From Horticoccus luteus (GTDB taxonomy: Bacteria > Verrucomicrobiota > Verrucomicrobiia > Opitutales > Opitutaceae), in NCBI RefSeq assembly GCF_019464535.1, contig NZ_CP080507.1, forward strand, positions 960,001 through 992,000: a stretch of DNA of 32,000 bases, in the 5' to 3' direction. The notes beneath the pieces are model-generated. The model saw only the letters and a list, made by a program, of their open reading frames with translations, made no database searches and had not been told where the DNA came from. Numbering within the stretch: the first letter of the stretch is position 1; the number at the start of each line of letters is the position of its first letter. Of the stretch, positions 31,601 through 32,000 are shown piece after piece. The position numbers and the translations under genes were made by a program.

Positions 31601-32000
31601 GGATTTGAAATCGAGTGCCAAAGCCAGCAACCGACGGGAGCGGAGAAGCGGGCTCCGAGTTGGGCGTAGATGTTCATAACAGGAGTATTACGCACACTAA
31701 AGGCAGCCTGCCCGACGGTGAACCCGTGGTCCGCATAAAATCGAAGCGCGCGATGATACAGATGGTGACCGGAAATGGTCGAGCCCGCGGCCAGCATGGC
31801 GAGAGCGAGATGCAGCCCTGCGTTGGTGGGTTCGGCGATAAACCAGCCCTGCACGCGTCCAGCAAAGATGATTTGAACGCAAGAAGCCGGACTGCGGGTA
31901 ATCACTTCGTTCGCCCAACGGCTATATCGTTCCGCGAGGCGCGCCTTGTCCGCTCCGGGTAGTTGTAAGAATCGCTCGTGTTCGAAGTGGCGCATTTCGC
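31597..32000 (-). CDS. wecD: GNAT acetyltransferase, WecD-like (dTDP-fucosamine acetyltransferase-like); N-terminal part probably outside the window
   Basis: The C-terminal 130 aa resemble the E. coli WecD GNAT domain (..RF...ERYSRWANEV..., ..MNIYAQLGARFSAPVGCWLW versus [20 protein letters not shown]). The frame stays open to the window edge. An internal ATG at 31995 is possible but would give a short protein. Confidence 0.72.
   Translation of the reverse strand, partial: EMRHFEHERFLQLPGADKARLAERYSRWANEVITRSPASCVQIIFAGRVQGWFIAEPTNAGLHLALAMLAAGSTISGHHLYHRALRFYADHGFTVGQAAFSVRNTPVMNIYAQLGARFSAPVGCWLWHSISNP

Noticed and set aside
1-32000. CRISPR arrays, tRNA/rRNA genes, IS elements, integrases, toxin-antitoxin or defence-system genes
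   Set aside because: No direct-repeat/spacer arrays were seen. No intergenic gap has room or structure for a tRNA. No ORF shows transposase, integrase or nuclease motifs. The only tandem repeat found is the in-frame 42-bp coding repeat at 26300-26509.

Overview
High-GC bacterial chromosomal segment with three blocks and no recognisable tRNA, rRNA, CRISPR array, transposase or integrase. Lineage cannot be assigned from sequence alone; the long low-complexity ribosomal-protein tails faintly suggest a PVC/Verrucomicrobia-like genome, unverified. (1) 1-9620, + strand: distal part of the ribosomal-protein supercluster, in the order rplE (partial), rpsN, rpsH, rplF, rplR, rpsE, rplO, secY, a degenerate adk-like ORF, map, rpsM, rpsK, rpsD, rpoA, rplQ. 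It ends in a textbook intrinsic terminator. There is no room for L30, IF-1 or L36 in their usual slots. S5, S11 and L17 carry low-complexity extensions, and SecY carries an extra C-terminal hydrophobic segment. (2) 9.6-16.07 kb, + strand: a small TM plus zinc-ribbon ORF, guaA, a secreted LolA-fold-like protein, and hisD-hisC-hisB-hisH. The his cluster stops at hisH. (3) 16.07-32 kb, mostly - strand: a surface-glycan locus that abuts hisH stop-to-stop. It contains a wecD-like acetyltransferase (partial), a wecE-like aminotransferase, an ArnE-like 4-TM protein, a + strand GT2, a GT4, and a 1315-aa protein with the order GT4-like, coiled coil, unnamed module, GT2, GT2. These are followed by two SAM methyltransferases, two translationally coupled polytopic membrane proteins, a membrane-protein gene broken over three frames, and a CDP-paratose-2-epimerase-like SDR. 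The best candidate for an undescribed system is this glycan locus: the giant enzyme has an internal 14-residue-repeat coiled coil (possible chain-length ruler), and an Arn/Gtr-like periplasmic glycosylation module may be built around a 4-amino-4,6-dideoxyhexose. All functional calls rest on reading the translations and recalling family motifs; no searches were run.
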